Positions 40,671 through 51,075 of a stretch of DNA of 64,000 nt are shown here, in pieces (position 1 is the first letter of the stretch; each line of letters begins with the position of its first letter). The notes under the pieces were generated by a model. The model was not told the DNA's origin. It did no database searches and saw only the letters and a program-made list of their open reading frames with translations. A program made the translations under genes and the position numbers. Location of the stretch: NCBI GenBank assembly GCA_964441315.1, contig CAYTUN010000001.1, positions 12,807 through 76,806 on the forward strand. Reading direction: 5' to 3'. The DNA is from an uncultured Gammaproteobacteria bacterium. Lineage in GTDB: Bacteria; Pseudomonadota; Gammaproteobacteria; CAYTUN01.

Positions 40671-41453
40671 CTATCGCTTTTTATCCACCGATCGCGAAAT
40701 ATTTTTAATGTCAAAAATAATTTCACCTGCTGAATTTGTCACAGACAAATCCGGCAAAGGAATTTTCCACGCATGCCCATAAATAATTTCGAACACGATG
40801 TTTATTTCATTTCTTTCCAAAGATAAAAATTTATCGGTATCAAGATAATAGCCAAACCCCTGCTGCCGCAATTCCCTCAAAGATTTTTCGCTAGAAAAAT
40901 AACGATATTCCAACCATTCCGTATCCATCACCGGCTGATGAAAACCGGCCTGCATTAACTGATCACCAATATCATGAATATCGGGAAATTGATGATCGAT
41001 TTTTCGGCAATTTTTTAAACTATCCGTACCAAGAGCGCTAAACATAAACAACCCATTGTCTTTTAAAACCCGTTTAGCTTCTGCCACTAATAAATCCGGT
41101 TCATCAATCCACTGCCACAATAAATTGCTATAAACTAAATCAAAACTTTGATCTGCTAAAGGTAAATGCAGCGCATCAGCACAAAGCGCATGTTGCCTTC
41201 GGAAAAAAATTTTTCGGCTGGCTTTGTTTTCTTGCAGCATTTCCCTCGATAAATCCAGGCAAATAATGTTCGCTTGAGGAAATTTTTCTGCTAATAATTT
41301 CGCGCCAAAACCAGTTGCAGAGCCTAAATCCAAAATCATCTTAGGCTCATGCTTGATATAAGCAAAACGCTCAATCAAACGCTGGTTAATTTCTCGCGCC
41401 AAAATCGCATTTTTTTCGTAATCTTTGGCAAGTGGTGAAAAACAATTTTCCAT
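40671..41453 (-). CDS. class I SAM-dependent methyltransferase, BioC-like (malonyl-[ACP] O-methyltransferase family)
   Basis: Motif I LDLGSATGFGA; post I/II motifs; length and profile typical of BioC; next to comF, which commonly neighbours biotin genes. Confidence 0.65.
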   Translation of the reverse strand: MENCFSPLAKDYEKNAILAREINQRLIERFAYIKHEPKMILDLGSATGFGAKLLAEKFPQANIICLDLSREMLQENKASRKIFFRRQHALCADALHLPLADQSFDLVYSNLLWQWIDEPDLLVAEAKRVLKDNGLFMFSALGTDSLKNCRKIDHQFPDIHDIGDQLMQAGFHQPVMDTEWLEYRYFSSEKSLRELRQQGFGYYLDTDKFLSLERNEINIVFEIIYGHAWKIPLPDLSVTNSAGEIIFDIKNISRSVDKKR

Positions 41454-41609
41454 ATCAGCGGTTCCCGCTGTAAAAGTGATTATTGATGCAAGCCGCCAAT
41501 CTCAAGTTTTGATCCCCCATAAAACACTCGTTTTTACAAAACCTGTCTTAAGTTAATTAAGCAGCGTAAACTTCACCCCACCCTGCGTCAGCGGGAACCG
41601 CTGACGGTA
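41454..41609. repeat. pair of REP-like hairpins cagcgg-nnn-ccgctg in inverted orientation flanking about 110 bp (bioC-like/comF divergent intergenic region)
   Basis: cagcggttcccgctg (41454-41468) and gtcagcgggaaccgctgac (41589-41607); the same unit recurs at 542-557 and 29727-29741. Confidence 0.6.
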
Positions 41610-41645
41610 TAGCTTGCTCAGATAAATCCTGCCAATATTTTTCGC

Positions 41646-42347
41646 ATGAAAAATATCCTAAAAGAAATGCTTTATTTCGCCCTACCCAATCACTGCCTGC
41701 TTTGTCAAAGGCGCGCCGCAAAAACGCAGCCGCTGTGTGATTTATGTGAATACGAAAGCGATAAATTCATTCCAGGCTGCCAACGTTGCGGATTAATCCT
41801 GTCAAACGCTGCAAGCGTTTGTGGTGCTTGTCAAAAGCGCCCACCCAGTTATTCCCGATTCATTGCTGGTGTGCCTTATCGATTTCCCTTTGATCACTGT
41901 GTGACACAACTAAAATTTCATCAACGCTTTTTAATGGCGGATATTTTAGCTTATTTACTTGCTAAGCAAGTAAATAAAGTGCCTTCTGTCATTCCCGATT
42001 TTATTATTCCGGTGCCTTTGCATATTACGCGTTTAAAAGAACGCGGTTTTAATCAAGCGGATTTCATTGCTAGACGTTTGCAAAAATATTTGCCGGTTAA
42101 AATCTTGCAGGGGGCTTGTCATAAGATTAAAGCGACACCGGCACAAACGGAATTATCGGGCAAGCAACGGGTAAAAAACCTGCGTGGGGTTTTTGCTGCA
42201 GAAAAATGCTTTGATGGTTTGCATTTGGCAATTGTCGACGATGTGGTGACGACCGGGGCTACCGTTGATGAATTAGCAAAAGTTTTAATTAAAAATGGGG
42301 CTAGGCAAGTTGATGTGTGGACGGCGACAAGGGCGTTGCGGTTTTGA
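41646..42347 (+). CDS. comF: ComF-family protein (phosphoribosyltransferase domain)
   Basis: N-terminal zinc-finger cysteines (CxxC…CxxC) and C-terminal PRTase motif IVDDVVTTGAT. Confidence 0.85.
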   Translation: MKNILKEMLYFALPNHCLLCQRRAAKTQPLCDLCEYESDKFIPGCQRCGLILSNAASVCGACQKRPPSYSRFIAGVPYRFPFDHCVTQLKFHQRFLMADILAYLLAKQVNKVPSVIPDFIIPVPLHITRLKERGFNQADFIARRLQKYLPVKILQGACHKIKATPAQTELSGKQRVKNLRGVFAAEKCFDGLHLAIVDDVVTTGATVDELAKVLIKNGARQVDVWTATRALRF

Positions 42348-43656
42348 ATTCCGCTGAAATTTTGGGAAATTTCAGCACGAATTCCATATACTCGCCTTCC
42401 ATCGAATTAGCTTCAATCGTGCCACCAAAACTTTGCATTGCCAGACGACAAAATGCCAGGCCAATACCGGTGCCATTTTCTTTTTGGCTTTGATAGCCGG
42501 CAAACATGCGTGCGACAATGACTTCGGAGGCGCCGCCTGCCGTATCTTTGATGCGAAGCAAATTAACATTGTCCTGGCTTTCCGTGGTCAAATAAATTTC
42601 ACCGCATTGTTTCAAGCGGAGCTGCTCAAATGCATTGTTTAATAAATTAAACAAAATGCGTGTCATTAATACTTCATGCCCAAAGAAATCAAATTCTGCC
42701 TGTTGTTGCCAATGCAGTTTTTCACGCTCGCCTGCGCGGAAGGGGTAGCGTTCCAACGCATGGTGTAGACAGTGCCATATTGAGCAAGGCGTTAAGTCAT
42801 CCTGGCTCAATTCTTTTGCGAGAGTTTTACTGAGTGTTTTTAAAGTGGTGTTGATAAATTGCTGCATTTCCGCAATCGTTTCCGTCATGCGCTGGCCGGT
42901 TAGGGCCAGATATTCTGGCGTCAGCTGTGGCGGTAATTGGCGGATAAAATTCTCACCGACTGTACTTGTTGAAAGTGATTGCTGACAGGCTTTCAAACAA
43001 AGTGGCCAATATTCTTTAACGGCTTCTGCTTCCATCGCCAGCATGGCGATCGGAGTGCGTAGGTCATGGGCAATGCTGCCTGCCAATACCATCACCGCCT
43101 GCCTTAATTCCTCTTCAGCCTGTGCTTTGGCTTGCTCTTCGGCTGCTTGTGCTAAAGCCACTTTTTCGCGTTCTTCAGCGATTTTTTGGGCGGTGATGTC
43201 GAAGGAGATGCCCACAATACCCACAATTTCTTTTTTATGGTTACGCAGCGGTACTTTTTGTGAAAGGTAAATCCTGGGGCCATTTGCCATGACTGCATAT
43301 TCTTCAGCAACATGTGGTTCGCCAGTCTCAATTACTTTAGCATTCAGCGCATTCAAATGCTCAGCCTGGTCTTTCCAGATCATATCAAAATTGGTTTTAC
43401 CAACAATTTCATCTCGTGATTTAAAATTGGCATTTTTTGCCTGTAGATCATTGCATCCTAAAAATATATTGTTTGTATCCTGCCAATACACGTGGCCTGG
43501 CATAAGCGAAATAATATTTTCATAGTAATCCTTGAGATCTCTTAGTGCGACTCGATGTTGAATTTGCTGTTTTTTTAATTGCTTTTTGAGTCCATTAATT
43601 TTTTCTTTGTAAGATGATAAAGCGATGCTTCTCGGTTTAATTGTTGGCTTTGTCAT
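42301..43656 (-). CDS. cytoplasmic PAS-domain sensor histidine kinase (orphan: no response regulator nearby)
   Basis: N-terminal coiled-coil, PAS fold (aa 50-165), H-box SIAHDLRTPIAML, N/G boxes (LLNNAFEQL; GTGIGLAFCRL); no TM; start overlaps the upstream gene stop by 4 nt. Confidence 0.85.
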   Translation of the reverse strand: MTKPTIKPRSIALSSYKEKINGLKKQLKKQQIQHRVALRDLKDYYENIISLMPGHVYWQDTNNIFLGCNDLQAKNANFKSRDEIVGKTNFDMIWKDQAEHLNALNAKVIETGEPHVAEEYAVMANGPRIYLSQKVPLRNHKKEIVGIVGISFDITAQKIAEEREKVALAQAAEEQAKAQAEEELRQAVMVLAGSIAHDLRTPIAMLAMEAEAVKEYWPLCLKACQQSLSTSTVGENFIRQLPPQLTPEYLALTGQRMTETIAEMQQFINTTLKTLSKTLAKELSQDDLTPCSIWHCLHHALERYPFRAGEREKLHWQQQAEFDFFGHEVLMTRILFNLLNNAFEQLRLKQCGEIYLTTESQDNVNLLRIKDTAGGASEVIVARMFAGYQSQKENGTGIGLAFCRLAMQSFGGTIEANSMEGEYMEFVLKFPKISAEFKTATPLSPSTHQLA

Positions 43657-44831
43657 ATTTTGCTCGTTGTTATAAATAATTCATCTGATGAAGAATTTTC
43701 CGCTAAAGCTCTTAATAGTGCTTCTTTATCTTCTCTAGGAATATGTGCTTCTGTAACAGCCTTACCTAGTATATACAGTCGCGAAATACTTTGATTACTA
43801 CTAAAAATACCCAAATCACCAAGTGTTTTAGCAGGGAAGAAAGGAACATTATGCGTGATCTCAGGTAAACTATCCGACGATAATGAATCATTTGAACGTG
43901 AGTAAGTTTTCATCAAAATACTCACAAATCCCCAGCGGGCTACCTTATGAGGTTCAGGCGTATAACTAATTAATTTTTCTGATAAATCATCCTGCACCTC
44001 TGTCGCCTTAAAGGTTTCAGAGCGAATAAAATGTATATGGGCGGGCTCAAACCATTTCGGCATTTTTCCAGCATAAAAAATTAAATTGTAGTTGCCTTTC
44101 GCAGCCACAGGCACTAATTGGGTTTCTGCAGTAAGGTATTTTTCAGAAAAAACTAATTTATCCTGTTTTGGCTCATTACTCTTTCTTTTAGAATATTCTT
44201 TTGCAGTTTCTTCCACTGCACTTTTAATTTTACTGATAGAATCGCAGTATCCCATAAAGGTTTTTTCATCGACTAATTCATTACTGCTATATTTTTCTAT
44301 CCATTGACGCCAACAGATTATTTCAAATTTATCCTTGCTGATGGAATTTATTGCACTAATTTTTTTTTCTAAAAGATTAACGCTGGCTTCATCTTGATCA
44401 TTACCATGAGCGTCTTTGATATTGGTGATTTCCGGGGAGATAAGCTTATTTTCTAATGTTTTTTCTGTTAAACCAGAAATCTCAAGAAAATATTTGAAAT
44501 GTTTTTTAATCCAATCACTACCTAAGCCATAAGCTTTTCTTTTAAACTCATCCGCATCTTCATCATTTTTATGATTAGCGGCAGCCATTAAATTATATTT
44601 GTGCAACTCATCAACGACCAAAAATGTGACGAATCTAAATTGCTGAATCACATTTCTAGCAATCACACCAAAATTTTCTTCTTGGTAAGATTTATTTCCA
44701 GAAATGCTAATGAGGACTAAAGCACGAGCTTCTTTAAGCTCTTCGGGTGAAAAAATTTTTTTTGCAGCGCTATCAAACTCAGCAGTCAAAATTCCATTCA
44801 AGGGTTTCTTTTTGTGTTTAGGCATAAACAA
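43653..44831 (-). CDS. hypothetical protein (392 aa), translationally coupled to the PAS histidine kinase
   Basis: Long ORF with no recognisable motifs, hydrophilic, no signal peptide; ATGA-type overlap with the downstream kinase. Confidence 0.5.
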   Translation of the reverse strand: MFMPKHKKKPLNGILTAEFDSAAKKIFSPEELKEARALVLISISGNKSYQEENFGVIARNVIQQFRFVTFLVVDELHKYNLMAAANHKNDEDADEFKRKAYGLGSDWIKKHFKYFLEISGLTEKTLENKLISPEITNIKDAHGNDQDEASVNLLEKKISAINSISKDKFEIICWRQWIEKYSSNELVDEKTFMGYCDSISKIKSAVEETAKEYSKRKSNEPKQDKLVFSEKYLTAETQLVPVAAKGNYNLIFYAGKMPKWFEPAHIHFIRSETFKATEVQDDLSEKLISYTPEPHKVARWGFVSILMKTYSRSNDSLSSDSLPEITHNVPFFPAKTLGDLGIFSSNQSISRLYILGKAVTEAHIPREDKEALLRALAENSSSDELFITTSKI

Positions 44832-45108
44832 GCTCTCTTATAAAGAAAGGCAGCTAATATCATGTCATTTCTTATTTTTATTATCGGCTTGTTAGCTGTT
44901 GAATTTTTATATTTGTACTTTTTAAAAGCATCCGTGCTGAATTTGAAAAATTCCTGGAATTCAAATTTAAGTTAATATATTTAGCGATTTGAACTCTATT
45001 AAGTTCGTTGGTGCTTTTTACGCTATACTGATTCAAAAAAATTTTTTAGCCTAAGTTAAAAATAGCGCTTAGAAAAAAATTACTTTAACTATCGCTCGCG
45101 ATGACAAT

Positions 45109-45672
45109 TTACGCCACCGGCAAAGTCACCCCCATCTGCTTCATGTATTTTCCACCACGGTCTTTATAGGAAACTTCACAAACTTCATCCGTTTCCAAAA
45201 ATAGCATTTGTGCCACACCTTCATTCGCATAAATTTTTGCGGGTAAATTAGTGGTATTGGAAAATTCCAAGGTCACATGCCCTTCCCATTCGGGTTCGAG
45301 TGGTGTCACATTTACAATAATACCGCAACGTGCGTAAGTCGACTTGCCAACGCAAATCGTTAAGACATTGCGTGGAATGCGGAAATACTCAATCGTCCTG
45401 GCAAGGACGAATGAATTTGGCGGAATGATGCAAACATCGGCTTTTACATCAATAAAACTTTTGCCATCAAATGCTTTGGGGTCGACAATGGCGGAATTAA
45501 TATTGGTAAAAATTTTAAATTCATCGGCGCAGCGAACATCGTAACCATAACTTGAGGTGCCATAGGAAATAATTTTGCCTTTTTCATTATAACGGACTTG
45601 TCCGGGTTCGAATGGCTCTATCATTCCATGCGCCGCCATGCGGCGCATCCATTTGTCTGATTTGATTGGCAT
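45109..45672 (-). CDS. dcd: dCTP deaminase
   Basis: 187 aa; full-length match to the Dcd pattern (…[10 protein letters not shown]…; dUTPase-like fold). Confidence 0.92.
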   Translation of the reverse strand: MPIKSDKWMRRMAAHGMIEPFEPGQVRYNEKGKIISYGTSSYGYDVRCADEFKIFTNINSAIVDPKAFDGKSFIDVKADVCIIPPNSFVLARTIEYFRIPRNVLTICVGKSTYARCGIIVNVTPLEPEWEGHVTLEFSNTTNLPAKIYANEGVAQMLFLETDEVCEVSYKDRGGKYMKQMGVTLPVA

Positions 45673-45698
45673 GGGTTCGGCTCCTCAGCTCCAGCAAA

Positions 45699-46790
45699 TT
45701 AATTAGGGCCTGATTCTACAACAACTGGCGGGAATAAATGAGTGTAATCTTTCATTTGATGGGCCAGTAGGCCTGCGAGACGGCAGGCTGCAGTTATGTA
45801 GTTTTGGGCCAGTTCGCTTTCAGGTTTTGCCGATACTAATGGAACTCCATTGTCGCCCGCTTGACGCAACTCTGTGCTGAGAGGAATTCTGGCAATCACC
45901 GGCAACTGATATTCTTCGGCCAAATAATTGACGCCTTCGCTGCCAAATATCGGGTCGGCATGGTCGCAATTAGGGCAGTGATAAGCAGACATATTTTCTA
46001 GCAAGCCTAAGTTCGGCACTTTAACTTTATTAAACATTTCAATCGCCTTCTGAACATCTAATAAAGCGACTGGTTGCGGCGTGGTGACAATTAATGCGCC
46101 GCTCAAAGGGATTCTTTGGGCAAGGGTTAATTGCACGTCACCGGTTCCGGGTGGTAAATCGACAATCAGAAAATCCAGGTCGTCCCATTCGGTATCAAAT
46201 ATTAACTGCTGCAGCGCTCGGCTGACGATCGGGCCGCGCCAGACCATCGGCGTTTTATCTTCCACCAGATAAGCCATTGACATGGTTTGCATGCCATGGG
46301 CCTCAATCGGCAGGATTTTATTTTGCGGGGTAGTTTTTGCCATTTGTTTTACGCCGAGCATTTGGCCTAAATTAGGGCCATAAATGTCGGCATCTAATAA
46401 ACCCACTTGGGCACCGCCATCAGCTAATGATTTGGCAATATTGACTGCGGTAGTCGATTTACCAACCCCGCCTTTTCCCGAAGCAATAGCAATGATGTTT
46501 TTAATATTGCGCAGAGGTTTTAAACCATTTTGCACACGACGCGGAAAATATTCTGTGTTTAATTTCAACTCAACGTTCAAGCGCCCCAAATTTTTTGCGG
46601 TATGTTCATTGAACAAGCTGACCAATTTATGACGCACTTGCTGAATCGGATAGGGCAATGTGACTTGCACCGTTAACAAGTCAGGTTTCTCTATCAATCG
46701 GATATTCACGTCGGTTTTGCCCCATACCGTATCAAGATAAGGATCGTGAAAATCAGCGATAATCGTTTTAAATGATTTGGGTGAATTCAT
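45699..46790 (-). CDS. apbC: Fe-S cluster carrier ATPase Mrp/ApbC
   Basis: Deviant Walker A ASGKGGVGKST; CxxC (CPNC); divergent from metG as in E. coli. Confidence 0.92.
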   Translation of the reverse strand: MNSPKSFKTIIADFHDPYLDTVWGKTDVNIRLIEKPDLLTVQVTLPYPIQQVRHKLVSLFNEHTAKNLGRLNVELKLNTEYFPRRVQNGLKPLRNIKNIIAIASGKGGVGKSTTAVNIAKSLADGGAQVGLLDADIYGPNLGQMLGVKQMAKTTPQNKILPIEAHGMQTMSMAYLVEDKTPMVWRGPIVSRALQQLIFDTEWDDLDFLIVDLPPGTGDVQLTLAQRIPLSGALIVTTPQPVALLDVQKAIEMFNKVKVPNLGLLENMSAYHCPNCDHADPIFGSEGVNYLAEEYQLPVIARIPLSTELRQAGDNGVPLVSAKPESELAQNYITAACRLAGLLAHQMKDYTHLFPPVVVESGPN

Positions 46791-47087
46791 TTTGACCTAC
46801 TGATGTTATTAGGTTCTAAAATCTACACGCTGAGAGACAATTTACACGATTTGAAATATATACCCAGCTAAAGAAGCGATTTTTAACAAACAGCTTGCAA
46901 GCTGCTCGTTAAATTTTCGCATCTTCAGCTGTAATGGGTATAGCAAGCATTTTAAATGCGCCAACTGCTTCCCTGCGGCAATAATATGCCTGTGTGTAGC
47001 GTATAATATACTCACCGCAAGCAGCGGGGTATTAAATTTAACAAGAGCAGGATTATAATACAGCCCTTTTGTTAAAACAAAATTTAT

Positions 47088-48719
47088 ATGAATAATCAAA
47101 AACTTCTTGTCACCATGGCGTTGCCGTACGCCAACGGGCCCCTGCATCTTGGCCACTTATTAGAAGCAATTCAAACCGACATTTGGGTGCGCTGGCAAAA
47201 ATTGCTGGGAAATAGCTGCTATTTTATTTCAGGCAATGATGCGCATGGTACACCGATTATGCTATCGGCTGAGAAAAAAGGAATTGCCGTTGAACAAATG
47301 CTAGCGGAAATTCATGCAGAACATCAGCGTGATTTTGCCGCGTTTGAAATTGATTTTGACAAATTTTATAGCACGCATACGCCTGAAAATGAAAAATTAT
47401 CGCGCGATATTTTCACGCACATTCAGGCACGCGGCGATATTATTACGCAGGAAATTGAGCAGGCATTTGATGCGGAAAAAAATATTTTCTTGCCGGATCG
47501 TTATGTTAAAGGCACTTGTCCGCGCTGTGGTTCACCGGAGCAGAATGGCGATAGTTGCGAAGTTTGCGGCGCTACTTATACACCGGCTGATTTGCGTGAT
47601 GCTTATTCCATACTTTCCGGTACCAAACCGATTTATAAAAAATCGCTGCATTATTTTTTTCGTTTAGAGAATTATCGGGATTTATTAAGTCATTGGATTG
47701 AAAGCAATAGCTTGCAAACCGAAGTGGCTAATAAATTAAAAGAATGGGTCAATCATGATTTACGTGATTGGGACATTTCGCGTGATGCGCCCTATTTTGG
47801 TTTTTTAATTCCAGGCGAAAAAGATAAATATTTTTATGTCTGGGTTGATGCGCCGATCGGTTACATGGCTGGTTTTAAAAAATTCTGTGATGATTCAAAG
47901 CAGGATATTTTCGATAAGTTCTGGCGAAGCGAGGAAACACAGCTTTATCATTTTATCGGTAAAGATATCGCTTATTTTCATGGTTTATTTTGGCCAGCTT
48001 TTTTAAAAGCGGCGGATTATCGTTTGCCTTCGGCAATTTACGTCCATGGATTTTTGACCGTTAATGGTCAAAAGATGTCTAAATCGCGTGGTACTTTTAT
48101 TACTGCGCAACAATATTTAGCAGATTTTCCCGCTGAATATTTAAGATATTATTTCGCCGCAAAATTAAGCGATACGGTGGAAGATATTGATTTAAATTGG
48201 CAGGATTTTGCGCAAAGAATCAATAGTGATTTAATCGGCAAAGTGGTGAATATTGCGAGCCGCTCGGCTAGTTTTATTCATAATTACTTTTCCGGCAAAT
48301 TAGCGGATCAGCTTGCGGACAAAGATTTATTTATGCAATTTGTTGATGCGGGTGAAGAAATTAGTAACGACTATATCAATCGCCGCTATTCAGCGGCGAT
48401 TAGAAGGATCATGGGGCTTTCGGATATGGCCAATCAGTATATAGCCGAGAAAAAGCCTTGGGAGCTCATCAAACAAGGAAAAGAAACTGAGGTGCATGAA
48501 ATTTGCACAGAAGCACTTAATTTATTTAAATTAATTGTATTTTATTTAAAGCCAGTAATGCCGATTTTAGCTAAAAATGCTGAGGATTTTTTACAGATTG
48601 AGCCAGTGAATTATTTCAATCGTGATCATATGTTGCTTAATCAGGAAATTAAGGCCTATCAGGCCTTGGCAAACCGGATTGATTTAAAACAAATGCCAGT
48701 TTATGCCACGGTTGCGTAA
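47088..48719 (+). CDS. metG: methionine--tRNA ligase (short form without the C-terminal tRNA-binding domain)
   Basis: HIGH (HLGH) and KMSKS motifs; zinc knuckle CPRCGS…CEVCG; 543 aa. Confidence 0.95.
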   Translation: MNNQKLLVTMALPYANGPLHLGHLLEAIQTDIWVRWQKLLGNSCYFISGNDAHGTPIMLSAEKKGIAVEQMLAEIHAEHQRDFAAFEIDFDKFYSTHTPENEKLSRDIFTHIQARGDIITQEIEQAFDAEKNIFLPDRYVKGTCPRCGSPEQNGDSCEVCGATYTPADLRDAYSILSGTKPIYKKSLHYFFRLENYRDLLSHWIESNSLQTEVANKLKEWVNHDLRDWDISRDAPYFGFLIPGEKDKYFYVWVDAPIGYMAGFKKFCDDSKQDIFDKFWRSEETQLYHFIGKDIAYFHGLFWPAFLKAADYRLPSAIYVHGFLTVNGQKMSKSRGTFITAQQYLADFPAEYLRYYFAAKLSDTVEDIDLNWQDFAQRINSDLIGKVVNIASRSASFIHNYFSGKLADQLADKDLFMQFVDAGEEISNDYINRRYSAAIRRIMGLSDMANQYIAEKKPWELIKQGKETEVHEICTEALNLFKLIVFYLKPVMPILAKNAEDFLQIEPVNYFNRDHMLLNQEIKAYQALANRIDLKQMPVYATVA

Positions 48720-48727
48720 TTATCAAA

Positions 48728-49339
48728 ATGACTATTGATTTAGTTAAAAACATTGATGCGGTATTGCCGCAAACACAATGCGGCTTATGTGGTCATGGCG
48801 GGTGTTTGCCTTATGCTAAAGCTTTAGCAGAAAATCGCGACACGATTGATCATTGTCCGCCGGGTGGCAAAGAGACTTTATTGCAGCTAGCAGAACTAAC
48901 GGGTCAAGCTAGCAGTCCTTATTTGGAAAAAATGACTAAAATTGCCAAACCTAACCAGGTGGTAAAAATCGACGAAGCTATTTGCATCGGCTGCACTAAA
49001 TGCATTCAGGCTTGTCCGGTTGATGCGATTGTCGGCAGTGCTAAACAAATGCACACGGTGATTGCCAGCGAATGCACCGGTTGCGAACTTTGTATTGCGC
49101 CTTGTCCGGTGGATTGTATTGAAATAGTGAGAACTGAGCCGCTGTCATTTGAACAAACGCCGAAAATAATAAGAGATTTACGACGTTCGCGTTACGAGCA
49201 GCATCAATCGCGAAAGGTTGAAAAGAAGGCTAAAGCGATAGAGGCGAATTTATCACGTTATCAACAAAACACAGCGACACGAAAAAGTTTCATTCAGGCG
49301 GCAATAGAGCGGATGAATAAAAAAACTCGCAATAATTAA
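48728..49339 (+). CDS. rnfB: RnfB/RsxB-like polyferredoxin (electron-transport complex subunit B homologue, stand-alone)
   Basis: N-terminal RnfB-type cluster CGLCGHGGC…C plus two 4Fe-4S motifs ([24 protein letters not shown]); directly upstream of nth as in rsx operons. Confidence 0.75.
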   Translation: MTIDLVKNIDAVLPQTQCGLCGHGGCLPYAKALAENRDTIDHCPPGGKETLLQLAELTGQASSPYLEKMTKIAKPNQVVKIDEAICIGCTKCIQACPVDAIVGSAKQMHTVIASECTGCELCIAPCPVDCIEIVRTEPLSFEQTPKIIRDLRRSRYEQHQSRKVEKKAKAIEANLSRYQQNTATRKSFIQAAIERMNKKTRNN

Positions 49340-49390
49340 AAAACTACGTTTTTTACGGGGTACTCAGTTTAAGTTAAGAGCGAGTCGTAA

Positions 49391-49503
49391 TCAGGAGATT
49401 GCCGCGTCCGCCTTCGGCTCCCTCGCAATGACAAGCGGGTGGCATTGTTGCCCATTTTTTGTCATTGCGAGGGAGCCGAAGGCGAACGTGGCAATCTCCT
49501 GAC
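49391..49503. repeat. palindromic element family B copy 3 (stem carries compensatory substitutions)
   Basis: tcaggagattgccgcgtccgccttcggctccctcgcaatgaca…tgtcattgcgagggagccgaaggcgaacgtggcaatctcctga. Confidence 0.8.
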
Positions 49504-49603
49504 ATCGAATTCGCACAAGACTTACTAGCGTTGATGATCGCCTAAATAACAAATAGCAATAATTTGGAATTTATACTCAACATCCATTACTAAATTTTCT
49601 TTC

Positions 49604-50245
49604 ATGAACAAAAAAATCATCAGTGAAATTTTCAAACGCCTCAGTGAAGCAAACCCAGAACCGAAATCGGAATTAATTTATGCCAGCGATTTTGAATTAT
49701 TAATCGCTGTGATTTTATCAGCGCAAGCTACTGACAAGCAGGTCAATATTGTGACGCAAAAATTATTTCCAGTTGCTAACACACCAAAAAAAATTCTGGA
49801 ATTAGGCGAAAAAGGCTTGAAAAATCTGATCCGTTCGATTGGGCTTTATAATAATAAAGCAAAAAATATTATTGCTTGCTGCAAAATGTTGTTAGATAAA
49901 TTTGATGGCAAAGTGCCTGACAATAGCCATGATTTACAGCAATTGCCTGGCGTGGGACGCAAAACGGCTAATGTGGTGATGAATGTTGCTTTTGGCGGAG
50001 AAGTGATCGCAGTCGATACGCATATTTTTCGTTTGGGTAATCGCATTGGCATTGCCAAAGGCAAAAATCCTTTACAAGTTGAACAAAATTTAATGAAAGC
50101 AGTTCCCAAAAAATATTTAAAATATGCGCACCATTGGTTAATTCTACACGGCCGCTATATTTGCAAAGCGCAAACTCCACAATGCATGAAATGTACGATT
50201 AATGATTTGTGCGAGTATCCTTATAAAAAATTGTTGAATAACTAA
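49604..50245 (+). CDS. nth: endonuclease III
   Basis: HhH-GPD domain (LPGVGRKTANVV), catalytic Lys/Asp, C-terminal [4Fe-4S] Cx6Cx2Cx5C. Confidence 0.95.
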   Translation: MNKKIISEIFKRLSEANPEPKSELIYASDFELLIAVILSAQATDKQVNIVTQKLFPVANTPKKILELGEKGLKNLIRSIGLYNNKAKNIIACCKMLLDKFDGKVPDNSHDLQQLPGVGRKTANVVMNVAFGGEVIAVDTHIFRLGNRIGIAKGKNPLQVEQNLMKAVPKKYLKYAHHWLILHGRYICKAQTPQCMKCTINDLCEYPYKKLLNN

Positions 50246-50400
50246 GGTCTGTTTACAATTGCCTTTTCGTGACGAAAAAAGCAAGAATTGAGTCAAAATC
50301 GCATCAATTTGAGGCAGCATAGTCATTCACTGTAACGAAAATTTGATGCGATTTTGGCCAATCCTTGCTTTTTGCAGTAGGAAAGGCAATGAGACCCTGG
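50246..50400. mobile_element. MITE family C copy 3, abutting family A copy 4
   Basis: aggtctgtttacaattgccttttcgtgacgaaaaaagcaagaattgagtcaaaatcgcatcaa…. Confidence 0.75.
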
Positions 50401-50407
50401 TTTTATC

Positions 50408-50591
50408 ACCCCTCATCCGCCCTATCGGGCACCTTCTCCCACAAGGGGAGAAGGCCTTCTCATCAATATTCACTAGCTTTTCATAATTAGGACCATTTCA
50501 TTACATTGAAGTTTATTCTATCGGCAGATGTAGCCGAAAATTGTCCTTCTCCCCTTGTGGGAGAAGGTGCCCGATAGGGCGGATGAGGGGT
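50408..50591. mobile_element. MITE family A copy 4 (interior inverted relative to copies 1-3)
   Basis: Same TIRs; interior …cttttcataattagg…atcggcagatgtagcc. Confidence 0.8.
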
Positions 50592-50752
50592 AATAAAATA
50601 CCCCGCCGCAAGCGGCGTGGTATTTCCTGTTTATAATTTCGCTCGACACGAAGTAAATTCGTTGTCTACGACCTTCGGTGCGAATTGCATTCTCCCCTTT
50701 GGAAACCCCATCGCGCTTTGGAACCTCGCCGCAAGCGGCGGGGTATTAAAAT
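50586..50752. repeat. family D element bounded by GCAA-tetraloop hairpins (ccccgccgcaagcggcg … cgccgcaagcggcggggtattaaaattt)
   Basis: Related copy at 46996-47040 (caccgcaagcagcggggtattaaattt) and a hairpin at 24418-24441. Confidence 0.55.
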
Positions 50753-50826
50753 TTAATAAATAAACCCCATGGCAGGCAACGGGTAATTGCAAGTTTAAAA
50801 ATAATTTTTAAAAACTCATGCCGTAT

Positions 50827-51019
50827 AATCAAACTATACTCAAAACGGATAGGTTTTAGGTGTTATTGCGCCGAGTGATGCGTGAGATTGTCACGTTTTG
50901 ATTGAGCAAAAGTGCAGGAATAGTTGTTCTATTTCGAGCTTTTGCGATTGAAAAACGTGACAAGATCGCGCCTCAATCGGATGCAAGAACACCTAAAACC
51001 TATCCGTTTTGGGTATAAA
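50827..51019. mobile_element. MITE family E (TIR tatactcaaaacggataggttttaggtgtt / aacacctaaaacctatccgttttgggtata)
   Basis: 30-bp TIRs around about 130 bp that contain an inner inverted repeat (cacgtttt…aaaacgtgac); a second right arm is at 1-39 and an arm-like fragment at 16461-16490. Confidence 0.7.
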
Positions 51020-51075
51020 AGTAGGTTAAATTAATTTGTAATATCATCACAATAAATTAATCTGGAGAACTCTCA

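Noticed and set aside
46842-47156. 104-aa ORF on the minus strand overlapping the metG start
   Set aside because: It overlaps the well-supported metG initiation region and the family-D repeat, has no RBS and no homology pattern. It is likely non-coding promoter/repeat sequence.
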